From an uncultured Verrucomicrobiae bacterium (lineage in GTDB: Bacteria; Verrucomicrobiota; Verrucomicrobiia; Chthoniobacterales; JAFAMB01), in the NCBI GenBank assembly GCA_963793135.1, contig CAWBYX010000028.1, forward strand, positions 119,886 to 183,885: a stretch of 64,000 nt of DNA, written 5' to 3'. Positions 18,501 through 28,066 of the stretch are shown piece by piece. Every line of letters begins with the position of its first letter. Positions within the stretch are counted from its first letter, which is position 1. The notes beneath the pieces were generated by a model that was not told the origin of the DNA, did no database searches, and saw only the letters and a program-made list of their open reading frames with translations. Both the position numbers and the translations under genes were made by a program.

Positions 18501-19425
18501 ATGACTAGAACATCCGGAATACGTAATGAATTCGAGATTTACGACGAGCGATTTCTTTATCTAACTCTTGGAAACGCCTGGGTCGAAAAGCTTCACACCG
18601 GCTCGCTTTGGGCTGAGGGCCCAGTTTATTTTGCAGATGGCGACTACCTGGTCTGGAGCGATATTCCAAACAATCGAATGCTGCGTTGGGCGGGCGGCCA
18701 AGTGAGCGTTTTTCGGGATTTTGCTAACAATAGCAACGGCAACACGCGTGACCGCCAGGGCCGTTTGGTCACCTGCGAGCACGGAGCCCGGCGGGTGACC
18801 CGAACGGAGCCGGATGGCACAGATCACGGTTTTAGTTGATCAATTCGAAGGCAAGAGGTTGAACTCTCCGAACGATGTCGTTGTCAAGTCGGACGGAACC
18901 ATCTGGTTCACTGATCCGCCTTACGGGATTTTATCCGACTATGAAGGGCATGTGGCCGAGAGCGAATATGGCGGTTGTTATGTTTTCCGTTTCGACCCGG
19001 TGACCGGAAATCTGGAGGCGGTGGTCAAGGATTTCAATAAGCCGAATGGGATTGCTTTTTCTCCTGATGAATCAAAGCTCTATATTGTTGATACCGGCGG
19101 TTCTCACTCGATGGACGGTGAACATCATATCCGGGCTTTCTCCGTCGACAATCAGGGCCGGCTAAGCGGAGGAGACCTCTTTGCCGAGGTATCGCCAGGT
19201 CTGGCAGACGGACTTCGCGTGGATCAGCAAGGTAATATCTGGACGAGCGCCGGAGATGGCGTGCACTGTTATTCCCCGGATGGGGTTCGGTTGGGAAAAA
19301 TCCTGGTACCGGAGCCGGTGGCAAATTTAACCTTTGGCGGTCCCAAAAGGAACCGGATCTTCATTACAGCCACCACTTCCTTGTACGCCGTCTATGTCGC
19401 GGCGACCGGAGCTCAACGTCCTTAG
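18501..19425 (+). CDS. SMP-30/gluconolactonase/LRE family protein, interrupted by one +1 frameshift near 18822.
   Basis: ORF 18501..18839 (..EGPVYFADGDYLVWSDIPNNRMLRW..GNTRDRQGRLVTCEHGARRVTRTEPDG) continues in the next frame as ITVLVDQFEGKRLNSPNDVVVKSDGTIWFTDPPYG. Confidence 0.85.
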
Positions 19426-19557
19426 GATATGCTTAACGGCGGTCGTACGGCCCGAATAGGTCACTTCTGGTGATTGCCCGAAGGGGCACGACGCCCCAAC
19501 GGGCACGGAACCCGAAGGATCGAATGATTGGCGCTAAACACTTAAGGCTTTAAAGAT

Positions 19558-21081
19558 ATGCTTACCCAGCAGGCAATCGCGATTCAGCTGAATCGATCGG
19601 ATGACGTATTAATCGCCTGCCAAGACGTTCCGGCCGGGACGCTGATCGACGAGTTCGGGCTAACCGTGCAAAACCCTGTTCCGGCTGGGCACAAGATCGC
19701 TGTTCGGAACATTGCTTCCGGCGAAGCCGTCCGAAGGTACAATCAGATCATTGGGTTCGCATCGAAACCAATCCTGGCCGGCGAACATGTCCATGTACAA
19801 AACCTCAAGGTCGAAACCTTCGATCGTGATTACGCCTTCTGTACAGACGCCAGGCCGACGATCTACGTTCAGCCGGGTGCGACGTTTAGTGGTTTCGTTC
19901 GTTCGGACGGGCGCGTCGCGACGCGGAATTATCTGGGAGTGCTGACTACGGTGAATTGCTCGGCCACGGTCGCCCGAAAGATCTCGGAAGCATTCACCGA
20001 TGAGGCACTGAGCGAGTACCCGAACGTTGATGGCGTCGTAGCGATCACCCATACCACGGGATGTGGGATGGATATCAACGGAGAGGGAATGCAGGTCTTG
20101 CGCCGCACCCTGTCTGGTTATGCACGACACGTCAACTTTTGCGGGATACTGATGATCGGGCTCGGTTGCGAGGTCAACCAGGCGGAAGACCTGTTTTCGA
20201 CTCAGAACCTCCCGACAGGTCCACTTTTATCCTCGATGACGATCCAGGAGTCGGGAGGTACGGTAAGCGCAATAAGGCGGGGCATCGAACGGATCCGGGA
20301 AATGTTGCCGGTGGCCAACCAATTTACCCGTCAGACTGTGCCGGCTGGCCACTTGACCGTCGGTCTCCAATGCGGGGGTTCGGACAGCTATTCAGGAATT
20401 ACGGCGAATCCGGCCCTCGGCGCCGCGGTTGACCTGTTGGTCAGCCACGGCGGTACCGCGATTTTGTCTGAAACACCTGAGATCTATGGCGCAGAACATT
20501 TGCTGACACGACGGGCAGCCTCTCCGGAAATCGGTGAAAAGCTGATTTCGAGAATTCGTTGGTGGGAAGCGTACACTGAGCGGGAGCGGGGGGAGATGAA
20601 TAATAATCCTTCGCCTGGTAACAAGGCCGGAGGACTCACGACCATCCTTGAGAAATCGCTCGGAGCGGTAGCGAAAGGAGGGACTACCAATCTGGTGGAC
20701 GTATTCGAATACGCTGAACCTATTGCCGCCAAGGGATTGGTTTTTATGGATACGCCCGGTTATGATCCTGTTTCTGCCACCGGACAGGTCGCAGGTGGCG
20801 CAAATTTGATTTGTTTTACCACCGGCCGGGGGTCGGTCTACGGATGCAAGCCCGCGCCCTCGCTGAAATTGGCAACCAGCTCGCGGCTGTACCGGCAAAT
20901 GGCGGACGACATGGACATCAATTGCGGGGAAATTCTGGACGGTGGGGCATCGATTCAGGAAGTGGGAGAGCGAATCTTTCAGCTGATTTTGGAAACCGCT
21001 TCGGGGCGGAAATCCCGCTCGGAGGCTCACGGGTTTGGCGCGGAAGAGTTCGTGCCCTGGATGCTTGGGGCGGTCATGTAG
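19558..21081 (+). CDS. UxaA-family sugar-acid dehydratase (altronate/galactarate dehydratase-like).
   Basis: N-terminal SAF domain (VPAGTLID..VPAGHKIAVRNIASGEAVRRYNQIIGFA) plus the UxaA C-terminal region (GLGCE..., FTTGRGS). 507 aa. Confidence 0.85.
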   Translation: MLTQQAIAIQLNRSDDVLIACQDVPAGTLIDEFGLTVQNPVPAGHKIAVRNIASGEAVRRYNQIIGFASKPILAGEHVHVQNLKVETFDRDYAFCTDARPTIYVQPGATFSGFVRSDGRVATRNYLGVLTTVNCSATVARKISEAFTDEALSEYPNVDGVVAITHTTGCGMDINGEGMQVLRRTLSGYARHVNFCGILMIGLGCEVNQAEDLFSTQNLPTGPLLSSMTIQESGGTVSAIRRGIERIREMLPVANQFTRQTVPAGHLTVGLQCGGSDSYSGITANPALGAAVDLLVSHGGTAILSETPEIYGAEHLLTRRAASPEIGEKLISRIRWWEAYTERERGEMNNNPSPGNKAGGLTTILEKSLGAVAKGGTTNLVDVFEYAEPIAAKGLVFMDTPGYDPVSATGQVAGGANLICFTTGRGSVYGCKPAPSLKLATSSRLYRQMADDMDINCGEILDGGASIQEVGERIFQLILETASGRKSRSEAHGFGAEEFVPWMLGAVM

Positions 21082-21324
21082 CTGAGCTTCTCGCGACATC
21101 TGCAATCCCGAAGGAGCAAAGCGGAAGTGGTTTGCGGATCGCATTTTGCGAGCCCTTGTTGCCCTCTTTTTCGCGTTCTGCCAGTGACGGACTTGGTTCC
21201 CATTCTGGAGGTTCAAAGTTTACTGCCTGAATTCCCTGAACCGAAGTCAACCGATAGTTCTGAAGGCCGCTGGGCACGGGAATAGCTCCTGTCGACCGGG
21301 AATGGACAGCCAGTAAAGATCCAC

Positions 21325-21840
21325 TTGGGCAAGTTCTCCACACCCTTTGACGAATTTGAAGATCCGGGCCGGGGCGCACCCGCCGCCCGGCGCGGAAGAA
21401 TCGTGTATTGCCTGCAAGCTGGATTGCGCGGATTGAGTGTCGGCGCGCTTTGGGTGGCGATTCTGACCGCGGGCTTCCTGATCGCGCGCCACGCTCTTCC
21501 GTTGATGACGGGATCACAAGCCCCGATTTCTTTTAAGTCCGCCGTCCCTTTGATCGCGATCGGAATTTCGTACCTCGTTCTCATCCTCTCCCTGCGCCGC
21601 ACGCTGGGTCAACGTTTAGTCGGGATTTCTGTGGGATTGGCCTTTGTGCTTTGGGGATTGGAACAGTTCCTGAGGGATCAGGCATGGATTTCTTTTATTG
21701 ACGACGTGGTGGTCTTTCTCTTTGTCGCCGATCTGAGCATTGTCATCCGGCACAATCTCAAGAGTTGTGTGGGTGAACGCCAGGTTTCCAAAGCCTGCAC
21801 GGATGAGCTTAGTGGTCACGACGACAATTCCTCCGGATAA
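21325..21840 (+). CDS. Hypothetical membrane protein.
   Basis: Several hydrophobic segments. No family recognised. The 3' end overlaps an IstB-like relic. Confidence 0.35.
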   Translation: MGKFSTPFDEFEDPGRGAPAARRGRIVYCLQAGLRGLSVGALWVAILTAGFLIARHALPLMTGSQAPISFKSAVPLIAIGISYLVLILSLRRTLGQRLVGISVGLAFVLWGLEQFLRDQAWISFIDDVVVFLFVADLSIVIRHNLKSCVGERQVSKACTDELSGHDDNSSG

Positions 21841-21979
21841 GTGGAGTGAGATTTTCAAGGATGAATCCGTTGCCGGGGCTGTCGCGCATCGGTTGCTCGA
21901 TCGCGGGCATTTGCTGGAGGCAACTGGAGCTCCCTATCCGCACCTATTTAACCGGCCGGTAATGTTAGGACTATCGTAG
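21806..21979 (+). pseudogene. C-terminal relic of an IstB/DnaC-like IS21-family helper ATPase.
   Basis: SLVVTTTIPPDKWSEIFKDESVAGAVAHRLLDRGHLLEATGAPY resembles the IstB C-terminus (compare IVLTSNKAFKQWATIFNGDSTITSAVLDRLLHHAETVLIEGSSY at 27314..). There is no upstream Walker region. Confidence 0.45.
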
Positions 21980-22154
21980 TTCACCTGAACGACTCCATCC
22001 TGCGGGTAGCCTGTATTGAGACCCGTATCGACACCGGGGTCACTGGGAATTTTTTTATTTTGAAACTCGTCTACTTGAAATCCCAAGTACTTAGTTGAGG
22101 GGAGATATCAATCGCCCTGAAACCAGATTTGAACATTGTTAGGGGGCTTCTCGA

Positions 22155-22844
22155 ATGATTAAACGTCTCGGAAATCTGATCACGGGGTTTCTGCACTTGT
22201 TGACTGCTGCTTTGGAGGAAAGAAACCCCGATGTTTTGCTCGCTTTAGAGCAGGAAAATTTGCGCAAACAGCTCGGAAATTACAACCGCGGGCTATCAAC
22301 GCATGCCAGCTTGTGCGAGCGTCTTAATACGCAGGTCAAACGATTGGAGAACGAAGAGCGATCACTGCGCGTGCAAACTACGGTGCTTGTGCGGGGCGGA
22401 AAACGTCAAAAGGCAGGGGGCTTCGCCCTTCGACTGCAGACCGTCGAGAGAGATCTTCGGGAAAGCCGAGCCCAGTTGGCGCGCGCAGAGGAAGTTTATC
22501 GGGAACTGAGTAGGGCTCGAGACCGGTCATTCAAAGGGGCTCAGAGCCAGATTCAGGCGCTGCGTTTCGACTTGGACGATCTTAAGATCAGGCGCGCGAC
22601 CGCAGAGCTGACAGAAGCGGCTTCGGGATTAATCACGCAGATCGGCGGATCTGGTGACACGCTGAAGCGGTTGCAAGAACTGGTCGAAAACGAACGTGAC
22701 AGGGCTGCAGGCAAGGCGCGTATCGCCGGTGACGCAATGGCTTCCACGAGTTTTCAACTGGATGAGGCGCAACAAGAAGTACTGGCCGAACAGGCGCTAA
22801 CTGATTTTGAGCGAAATAGAAATAGCTACGAACTCAGAGGGTGA
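22155..22844 (+). CDS. pspA: PspA/IM30 family protein (phage shock protein A-like).
   Basis: 229 aa, entirely coiled coil, with a PspA-like N-terminus (MIKRLGNLITGFLHLLTAALEERNPDVLLALEQENLRKQL). Confidence 0.85.
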   Translation: MIKRLGNLITGFLHLLTAALEERNPDVLLALEQENLRKQLGNYNRGLSTHASLCERLNTQVKRLENEERSLRVQTTVLVRGGKRQKAGGFALRLQTVERDLRESRAQLARAEEVYRELSRARDRSFKGAQSQIQALRFDLDDLKIRRATAELTEAASGLITQIGGSGDTLKRLQELVENERDRAAGKARIAGDAMASTSFQLDEAQQEVLAEQALTDFERNRNSYELRG

Positions 22845-23013
22845 GAAAGCGAAGGGGAGAATTGGCTGCCGATAGCGCCAAGCAATCTGGAAAGAAACTA
22901 GAGTATTCGCTGTAATGCTACCTGAGCCTAGGCGTTAAGGGGTCCATCCGTAGTGCTTGCGCGAATAGGCTTTAAGGTTTAACGATCTGTTAGCTAGAAA
23001 GAGAGAGTCCGGA

Positions 23014-24746
23014 TTGGATATTTACCTGTCGTGCTTGCTCGGAGGGCTGGTTGCACTGGCAGCCTTTGTTTTGTGCGGGGCGGGGTTTCATCATCCGGGA
23101 GTTCACCACGGTGAGGCTTCCCCGGGGTATAACGGTCATGTTTCGGGCCATCACCACTCTTTGGATCGCTCAAACGCTGCCTCCAATGGCTGGTCGTCCT
23201 TTTCGATCTTGACATGGCTAAGCTGCCTCTCGCCGCTCTATCTTTGCGGCGCTGTTATTGGTTTTGGCGTTACAGGCACTTTGGTGGGGCACTTATTCCA
23301 AGGCTGGCCTTGTTTTGCGCTCGCTCTTCTGGGGGCTTACCTCACACGCATTATCTGTATTCGACCGCTGATTTCCGGGATTCTAATGTGGGCGTCACGA
23401 CCGGCGAGAACCCTGGGCGACGCCGTGCTTGAGACTGGGATTGCGGCAACCAATTTTGATGCAAACGGCTACGGCATGGTCAGGCTTTCTCTCGATGGGC
23501 AGATTGTCCAATTGCTGGGTCTGCTGGTGCCTGAGGAGTCGACCGCGCTTCGCGTTAATGCCGGGGAGAGACTTTTCATTCGCTCTGTCGACTCGGTAAG
23601 ACAACGATGCCGGGTGAGCCGAACGGCTGCGTTTCCGCTCGAGCCTCTGCCCGATAGCGCGCAAGAATTAGACGCAAAACCGCGCCGCGTCTGTCCGACT
23701 TGTGGTCATGTCTTTTCTGGGAACATGCAAGGCTGTCCGGTATGCCTGCTCCGGAAGGCTCTCGACCCCGATGTGGAGTTGATTGAAGCAGCAAACGCTG
23801 CGGCCGGTCAACCCATACCCGGATATCCAACCCAAAAATTTGAACATTATGAGCTCGTACGTGGGGCCGACGGGAAGCCGCTGGAGTTGGGTCGGGGAGC
23901 GATGGGTGTGACTTACAAGGCGTTTGATACCAGATTGAGTTGTCCCGTGGCACTAAAGGTTATTGGCGAAAGGTGCTTGGGAGACAATGGTGCCCAGTTC
24001 GCTTCCTGCGCGAAGCTCGCGCGGCAGCCAGTGTTCGACATCCGAACGTAGCTTCGGTCTTCCACCTGGGCAAAAGTGATCGAAACCATTTTTACGCGAT
24101 GGAGTTTGTCGAAGGCGAGACTTTAGAACGGCTAGTGAAACACTCAGGCCGGCTTCCAGTCAAACTAGCGCTCGAAATAGCACGACAGGTGAGCGCCGGG
24201 TTGGCCGCTGTGCACAAACAGAAGCTAGTGCATCGGGACATCAAACCGAGCAACATTATGGTGAACTTGGACGCAGAAGGCTCGGTGGTCGCCAAAATTA
24301 TCGATTTGGGCTTGGCAAAAGCAATGTATGAAGCGGGTTCTCAGGCCGGAGTCTCTGCGGCCGGAGCTTTTGTTGGAACGCCTGAGTTTTCCAGTCCCGA
24401 ACAGTTCGCCGGAGTTGGGGTCGATATCCGCTCTGATGTGTACGCTCTAGGCGCCACAGTTTGGTATATGCTGAGCGGAAAACCGCCCTTTGGCGGCACT
24501 GCCGCAGAGTTGATGTATCAGCATTTACATGCCCCGTTGCCAATTGAACTGTTGGGCCAGATCCCCCAACCGGTCTCCATTCTCCTTGCGGTGTTGCTCG
24601 AGAAGGACCCCGCCCTGCGCGTTCAGAGCCCGACGCAATTTCTAACTGCGCTACCGACGGTTATGGAAGCTATAGACTCCGGCAATCCTCTGACCCGTAT
24701 GAACCTGGAGACTCCAGCGGTTTTGGCTATTAGCCGTCCTCCTTAA
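23014..24746 (+). CDS. Fusion protein: YqiJ/NfeD-like polytopic membrane anchor with OB domain, Zn ribbon, and Hanks-type Ser/Thr protein kinase. One -1 frameshift near 24006.
   Basis: N-terminus: TM segments flanking a His-rich loop (HHPGVHHGEASPGYNGHVSGHHH), then an NfeD-C-like segment (GDAVLETGIAATNFDANGYGMVRLSLDGQIVQLLG..GERLFIRSVD). Zn ribbon: CPTCGHVFSGNMQGCPVC. Kinase: LGRGAMGVTYKA..VALKVI, then in another frame RFLREARAAASVRHPNVA..HRDIKPSNIMV..DLGLAK..GTPEFSSPEQ. Confidence 0.8.
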
Positions 24747-24785
24747 ACGCGAATTTAATCTGAACCTGGGGAGATAAACAGAAAG

Positions 24786-26063
24786 GTGGGACGTATGCTT
24801 AATATCACAATAATAATCGGCTTGATCGTCTTAGTGGCGGTAGCCGTCCCGCTCACCATCACCGCTTTCCTAAAGGATGTTGAGGCCGGCTCCATCCGGT
24901 TGGTAACCTGGTGGCGCGGTAGTATGAAGATCTACCGTGGACCCGGCAAATGCTACGAGGTGCCATTGCTGACTAACGGAACGACTATCTCCAGCAAAGT
25001 GATCAACGTAGATCTCGATATCACTGATCAGACGGCGGACGTCGATTCCTCGGGGATTCCAAACCCCATCAAGGTCCGAGTCCTTGCCAGCGCCATTGTA
25101 TCGGTCGGCGACAGCGACGAGTTAATCAAGACTGCAGCAAACCGCTTTTTTGCCAAAAGTAATGATGAGCAAATGGCCGCCCTAACGGATTTACTCTCAT
25201 CGTCCGGACGTCGTGCCGTTAACCTTTTGACGCACGATCAATTATTTAGCGCCAAATCCAGCGTTGGTAAAACTCACTTGCCAGGTGGTTCAGAGGACCA
25301 TTCCTTATTGCGTGTTACGGTTGCCGCGGAAGAAGATGATGATCCCTTGGCGATTATAATTCGCAAAGCTGGCTCCCGCGAGCTTACAGATCTCGGCCTG
25401 GTCTTCAACTCCCTTAACATCAAAGTCGTCCAAAGCGAAGTGGCGGATGCACGGCGGCGTCAATCTGCAGCCGAAGCGACTGCCAATGCGGATATTGTTG
25501 CGGCCAATCAAACCCGGCGCGCCAAGGAGGCGCAACTGGACGCGGAGCGATCGATTTCTGATAAGCAAAGAGAACTGGAGCAGACCCGCTTGGGGAACGC
25601 AGTGTTAATTGCTGAAGCGGAGGCCAAGCTTCAAGATGCTTTGGCGCGACAGAAGGCGAGCGAATTAAAAGCAACTCAGATCGCGCAAGCCAACGCTGAC
25701 TCCGAAGCGGTCGAGATTGCAGCCGAAGCCCGGGCAGGACAGATTCGCAAGATAGCTCAGGCGATTAAGGAGGGGGGCGAGCAATTCCTGCGATACCGCC
25801 AGATTGAGATGCTGCCAGACATTGCTCCGGCAATTGCGCAGGCCTTGGCTCAGGCGAAGCTAATAACTGTACATAGTGGCGCTGAAGGTGGTGATGCCGC
25901 CTCCGCAACAACTGATTCGATTACCAGCGTTGTCCGCACCGTACTTGCAGCACAAATCATAGGTCGCAATGGACTATTCGAAACGTCCGAGGAAACCTCG
26001 TCGAAGCACGACGGTCTTGGCGTCACCTCGAATATTGGGGGCGAAAGGATTCTTCACTCCTAA
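24786..26063 (+). CDS. Flotillin-like SPFH/band-7 protein (YqiK/FloT-like).
   Basis: N-terminal TM segment, an SPFH region, and a long Ala/Glu-rich flotillin-type coiled coil (RRRQSAAEATANADIVAANQTRRAKEAQLDAER...AEAEAKLQDALARQKA...). GTG start at 24786 or ATG at 24795. Confidence 0.85.
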   Translation: MGRMLNITIIIGLIVLVAVAVPLTITAFLKDVEAGSIRLVTWWRGSMKIYRGPGKCYEVPLLTNGTTISSKVINVDLDITDQTADVDSSGIPNPIKVRVLASAIVSVGDSDELIKTAANRFFAKSNDEQMAALTDLLSSSGRRAVNLLTHDQLFSAKSSVGKTHLPGGSEDHSLLRVTVAAEEDDDPLAIIIRKAGSRELTDLGLVFNSLNIKVVQSEVADARRRQSAAEATANADIVAANQTRRAKEAQLDAERSISDKQRELEQTRLGNAVLIAEAEAKLQDALARQKASELKATQIAQANADSEAVEIAAEARAGQIRKIAQAIKEGGEQFLRYRQIEMLPDIAPAIAQALAQAKLITVHSGAEGGDAASATTDSITSVVRTVLAAQIIGRNGLFETSEETSSKHDGLGVTSNIGGERILHS

Positions 26064-26187
26064 ATTGGAGCACGGGGCTTGTGTCTCTCAGCTTGCCTTT
26101 TCGAGCGGCGATACGGCACAAGCTTTATACGGCTCCTCGTTCTGCAAATGCGAATGACAGGTTTTTTGGTTGTGTCGGTAATGCCCT

Positions 26188-26955
26188 ATGAACAGCGATG
26201 AAGACGCTCCTGCAGAACGAGAGGCCAGCTTTCAGCCCACGCACTGGACACTCGTTCTCAAGGCGGCTCAAAGCAACACGCCCGGTGCAGCCGGTGCCTT
26301 GGGCGAGTTGTGCCAACTTTACTGGTATCCGCTCTATGTATTTGCTCGCCGCAGGGGCCGGTCTCCCGATGACGCCAAAGATCTCACCCAAGGCTTTTTT
26401 CTTCTACTACTCGACAAACGGGTACTAACGGCAGTTGATCGGCAAAAGGGTAAATTCCGCTCGTTTTTGCTGACCACGTTTCAACATTACATTTCAGGGG
26501 AGTTGGACCGTGCCCGCGCTCTGAAGCGTGGAGGCGGTTGTGAGTTCGTCTCGCTTGACTTTCAGTGCGCAGAGGGCCGCTACAAGCAAGAGCCGGCGGA
26601 CAAAACGATCACGGCCGAGCAACTTTTTGATGCCAGGTGGGCTTTAACCTTGCTGAGCCGGGCGATGAATTTGCTGCGTCAGGAATACGTTGTTCAGGGC
26701 CGCGCGGAGACTTTTGAAATCTTGAAAATATTTCTTCAGAATGGCGACACCCCTCCCTCCTACGAAGCCGCCGCAGGTGCTCTGTGCCTTGGACTTGGAG
26801 CAACCAAAACGCTCATTCACCGCCTGCGTAAGCAATACACCACGATTTTGCGAAAAGAGATTGCCCGCACCGTGTCTGATCCAGAGGAGGTGGAAACGGA
26901 AATCCATGCATTGTGCGAAGCACTCATTGCTTCCAAAGGCCAGTTGGACCCGTGA
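26188..26955 (+). CDS. ECF-type sigma-70 family RNA polymerase sigma factor (long-linker type).
   Basis: Region 2-like sequence: LYWYPLYVFARRRGRSPDDAKDLTQGFFLLLLD. Region 4 HTH: SYEAAAGALCLGLGATKTLIHRLRKQY. Confidence 0.8.
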   Translation: MNSDEDAPAEREASFQPTHWTLVLKAAQSNTPGAAGALGELCQLYWYPLYVFARRRGRSPDDAKDLTQGFFLLLLDKRVLTAVDRQKGKFRSFLLTTFQHYISGELDRARALKRGGGCEFVSLDFQCAEGRYKQEPADKTITAEQLFDARWALTLLSRAMNLLRQEYVVQGRAETFEILKIFLQNGDTPPSYEAAAGALCLGLGATKTLIHRLRKQYTTILRKEIARTVSDPEEVETEIHALCEALIASKGQLDP

Positions 26956-27051
26956 CGAACCTATCGCTCGTCCACATCGTTCAGTTCTGTCGGCTGAACA
27001 TAGTTGTCAGTTCTCAGTGTCAGTTGCCACTGGAGACGGAGAGTCGAGAAA

Positions 27052-27203
27052 TCACCGTAGCTCCACTCCTGAGAGGCGTTTGCAAGTCTCGATCAGGCTT
27101 TCTTGCAGCTCTGCATCGGAGGTTTGTCGTTTCGGCGTGCGAAGCTGCATATGATAAAAATACTGGCCAGAAACCGCCGCGCGCGCCTCATCACTGACTG
27201 CCA
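27052..27203 (-). pseudogene. SDR-family oxidoreductase, C-terminal fragment (separated from its 5' part by the IS21-family insertion).
   Basis: ..AVSDEARAAVSGQYFYHMQLRTPKRQTSDAELQESLIETCKRLSGVELR*. It joins in frame to ..TQVWLAVS at 30665 across the 8-bp duplication. Confidence 0.85.
27196..27203. repeat. Target-site duplication, left copy (GACTGCCA).
   Basis: An identical octamer is at 30665-30672. Both copies lie inside the split SDR reading frame. Confidence 0.85.
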
Positions 27204-27313
27204 TGAGAGCGGTGGCGTCAAAATCGGATAAAACCAATGATTTTAAAATCGGATGGTGGATTGGGGTATGTAACGACAACGGTCGCTGTGGTTTCCGAAA
27301 AGGGGGGCGGTTG

Positions 27314-28066
27314 TCAGCTTTCGATGCGGTCTTTCATGCGGTAGCTGGAGCCTTCGATTAAAACGGTTTCGGCGTGGTGGAGGAGACGGTCGAGTACGGC
27401 GGAGGTGATAGTGCTATCACCGTTGAAGATGGTAGCCCACTGTTTGAAGGCTTTGTTGGAGGTAAGTACGATAGAACCGCGTTCATAGCGTTGGCTGATG
27501 ACCTGGAAGAGCAGATCGGCTCCGCGCTGGTCGATGGGAAGATAGCCGATCTCGTCGAGGAGCAGCAGCGCGGGTGAGAGATAGCGTTTGAGCTCGGATT
27601 TGAGCACGCCTTTAGTCTGGGCGGCACTCAAGGTGTTAATCACGTCGATAGCGTTGGCGAACAGGACGCTATAGCCGTGCTGGCACGCGGCATAGCCGAG
27701 TGCTGTGGCCAAGTGAGTTTTGCCGAGGCCAACCAGACCCAGGAAAATAACGTTGGCTTTCTCTTCGATAAAACTAAGCCGGAAGAGGTCCTGGATCTGG
27801 AGCCGATTGATTTTTTTGGGCCAGTCCCAACGGAAGCCTTCCAGGGTCTTGATGACTGGAAAACGGGCGGCTTTGATTCGCCGAGCAATCGTGCGCTGTT
27901 GACGTGCCGCGACTTCGCCCTGAAGGAGTCGACCCAGGTAGTCGAGATGGCTCCAGTGGTTGGCGGCGCTTTCGACAGCCAAGGGTTGGCAGTTTTCTTT
28001 GACACAAGTCAACTTGAGGTAATCAAGGTGCTCATTGAGCAAGAGGTCGGCAGGATTTCTAGTCAT
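27314..28066 (-). CDS. istB: IS21-family helper ATPase IstB.
   Basis: Walker A LGLVGLGKTHLATALG, Walker B LLLLDEIGYLP, C-terminal TSNKAFKQWATIF..LDRLLHHAE. The true start is the ATG at 28066 (MTRNPADLLL..), overlapping the istA stop by 8 nt. The ORF-track start at 28297 is an artefactual extension. Confidence 0.92.
   Translation of the reverse strand: MTRNPADLLLNEHLDYLKLTCVKENCQPLAVESAANHWSHLDYLGRLLQGEVAARQQRTIARRIKAARFPVIKTLEGFRWDWPKKINRLQIQDLFRLSFIEEKANVIFLGLVGLGKTHLATALGYAACQHGYSVLFANAIDVINTLSAAQTKGVLKSELKRYLSPALLLLDEIGYLPIDQRGADLLFQVISQRYERGSIVLTSNKAFKQWATIFNGDSTITSAVLDRLLHHAETVLIEGSSYRMKDRIES

Noticed and set aside
21980-22154. Search for a sigma-54 (TGGCAC-N5-TTGC) promoter upstream of pspA, as in E. 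coli.
   Set aside because: Only a GG-containing stretch (ctgggaattttttt) is present, without the -12 GC element. No convincing match was found.
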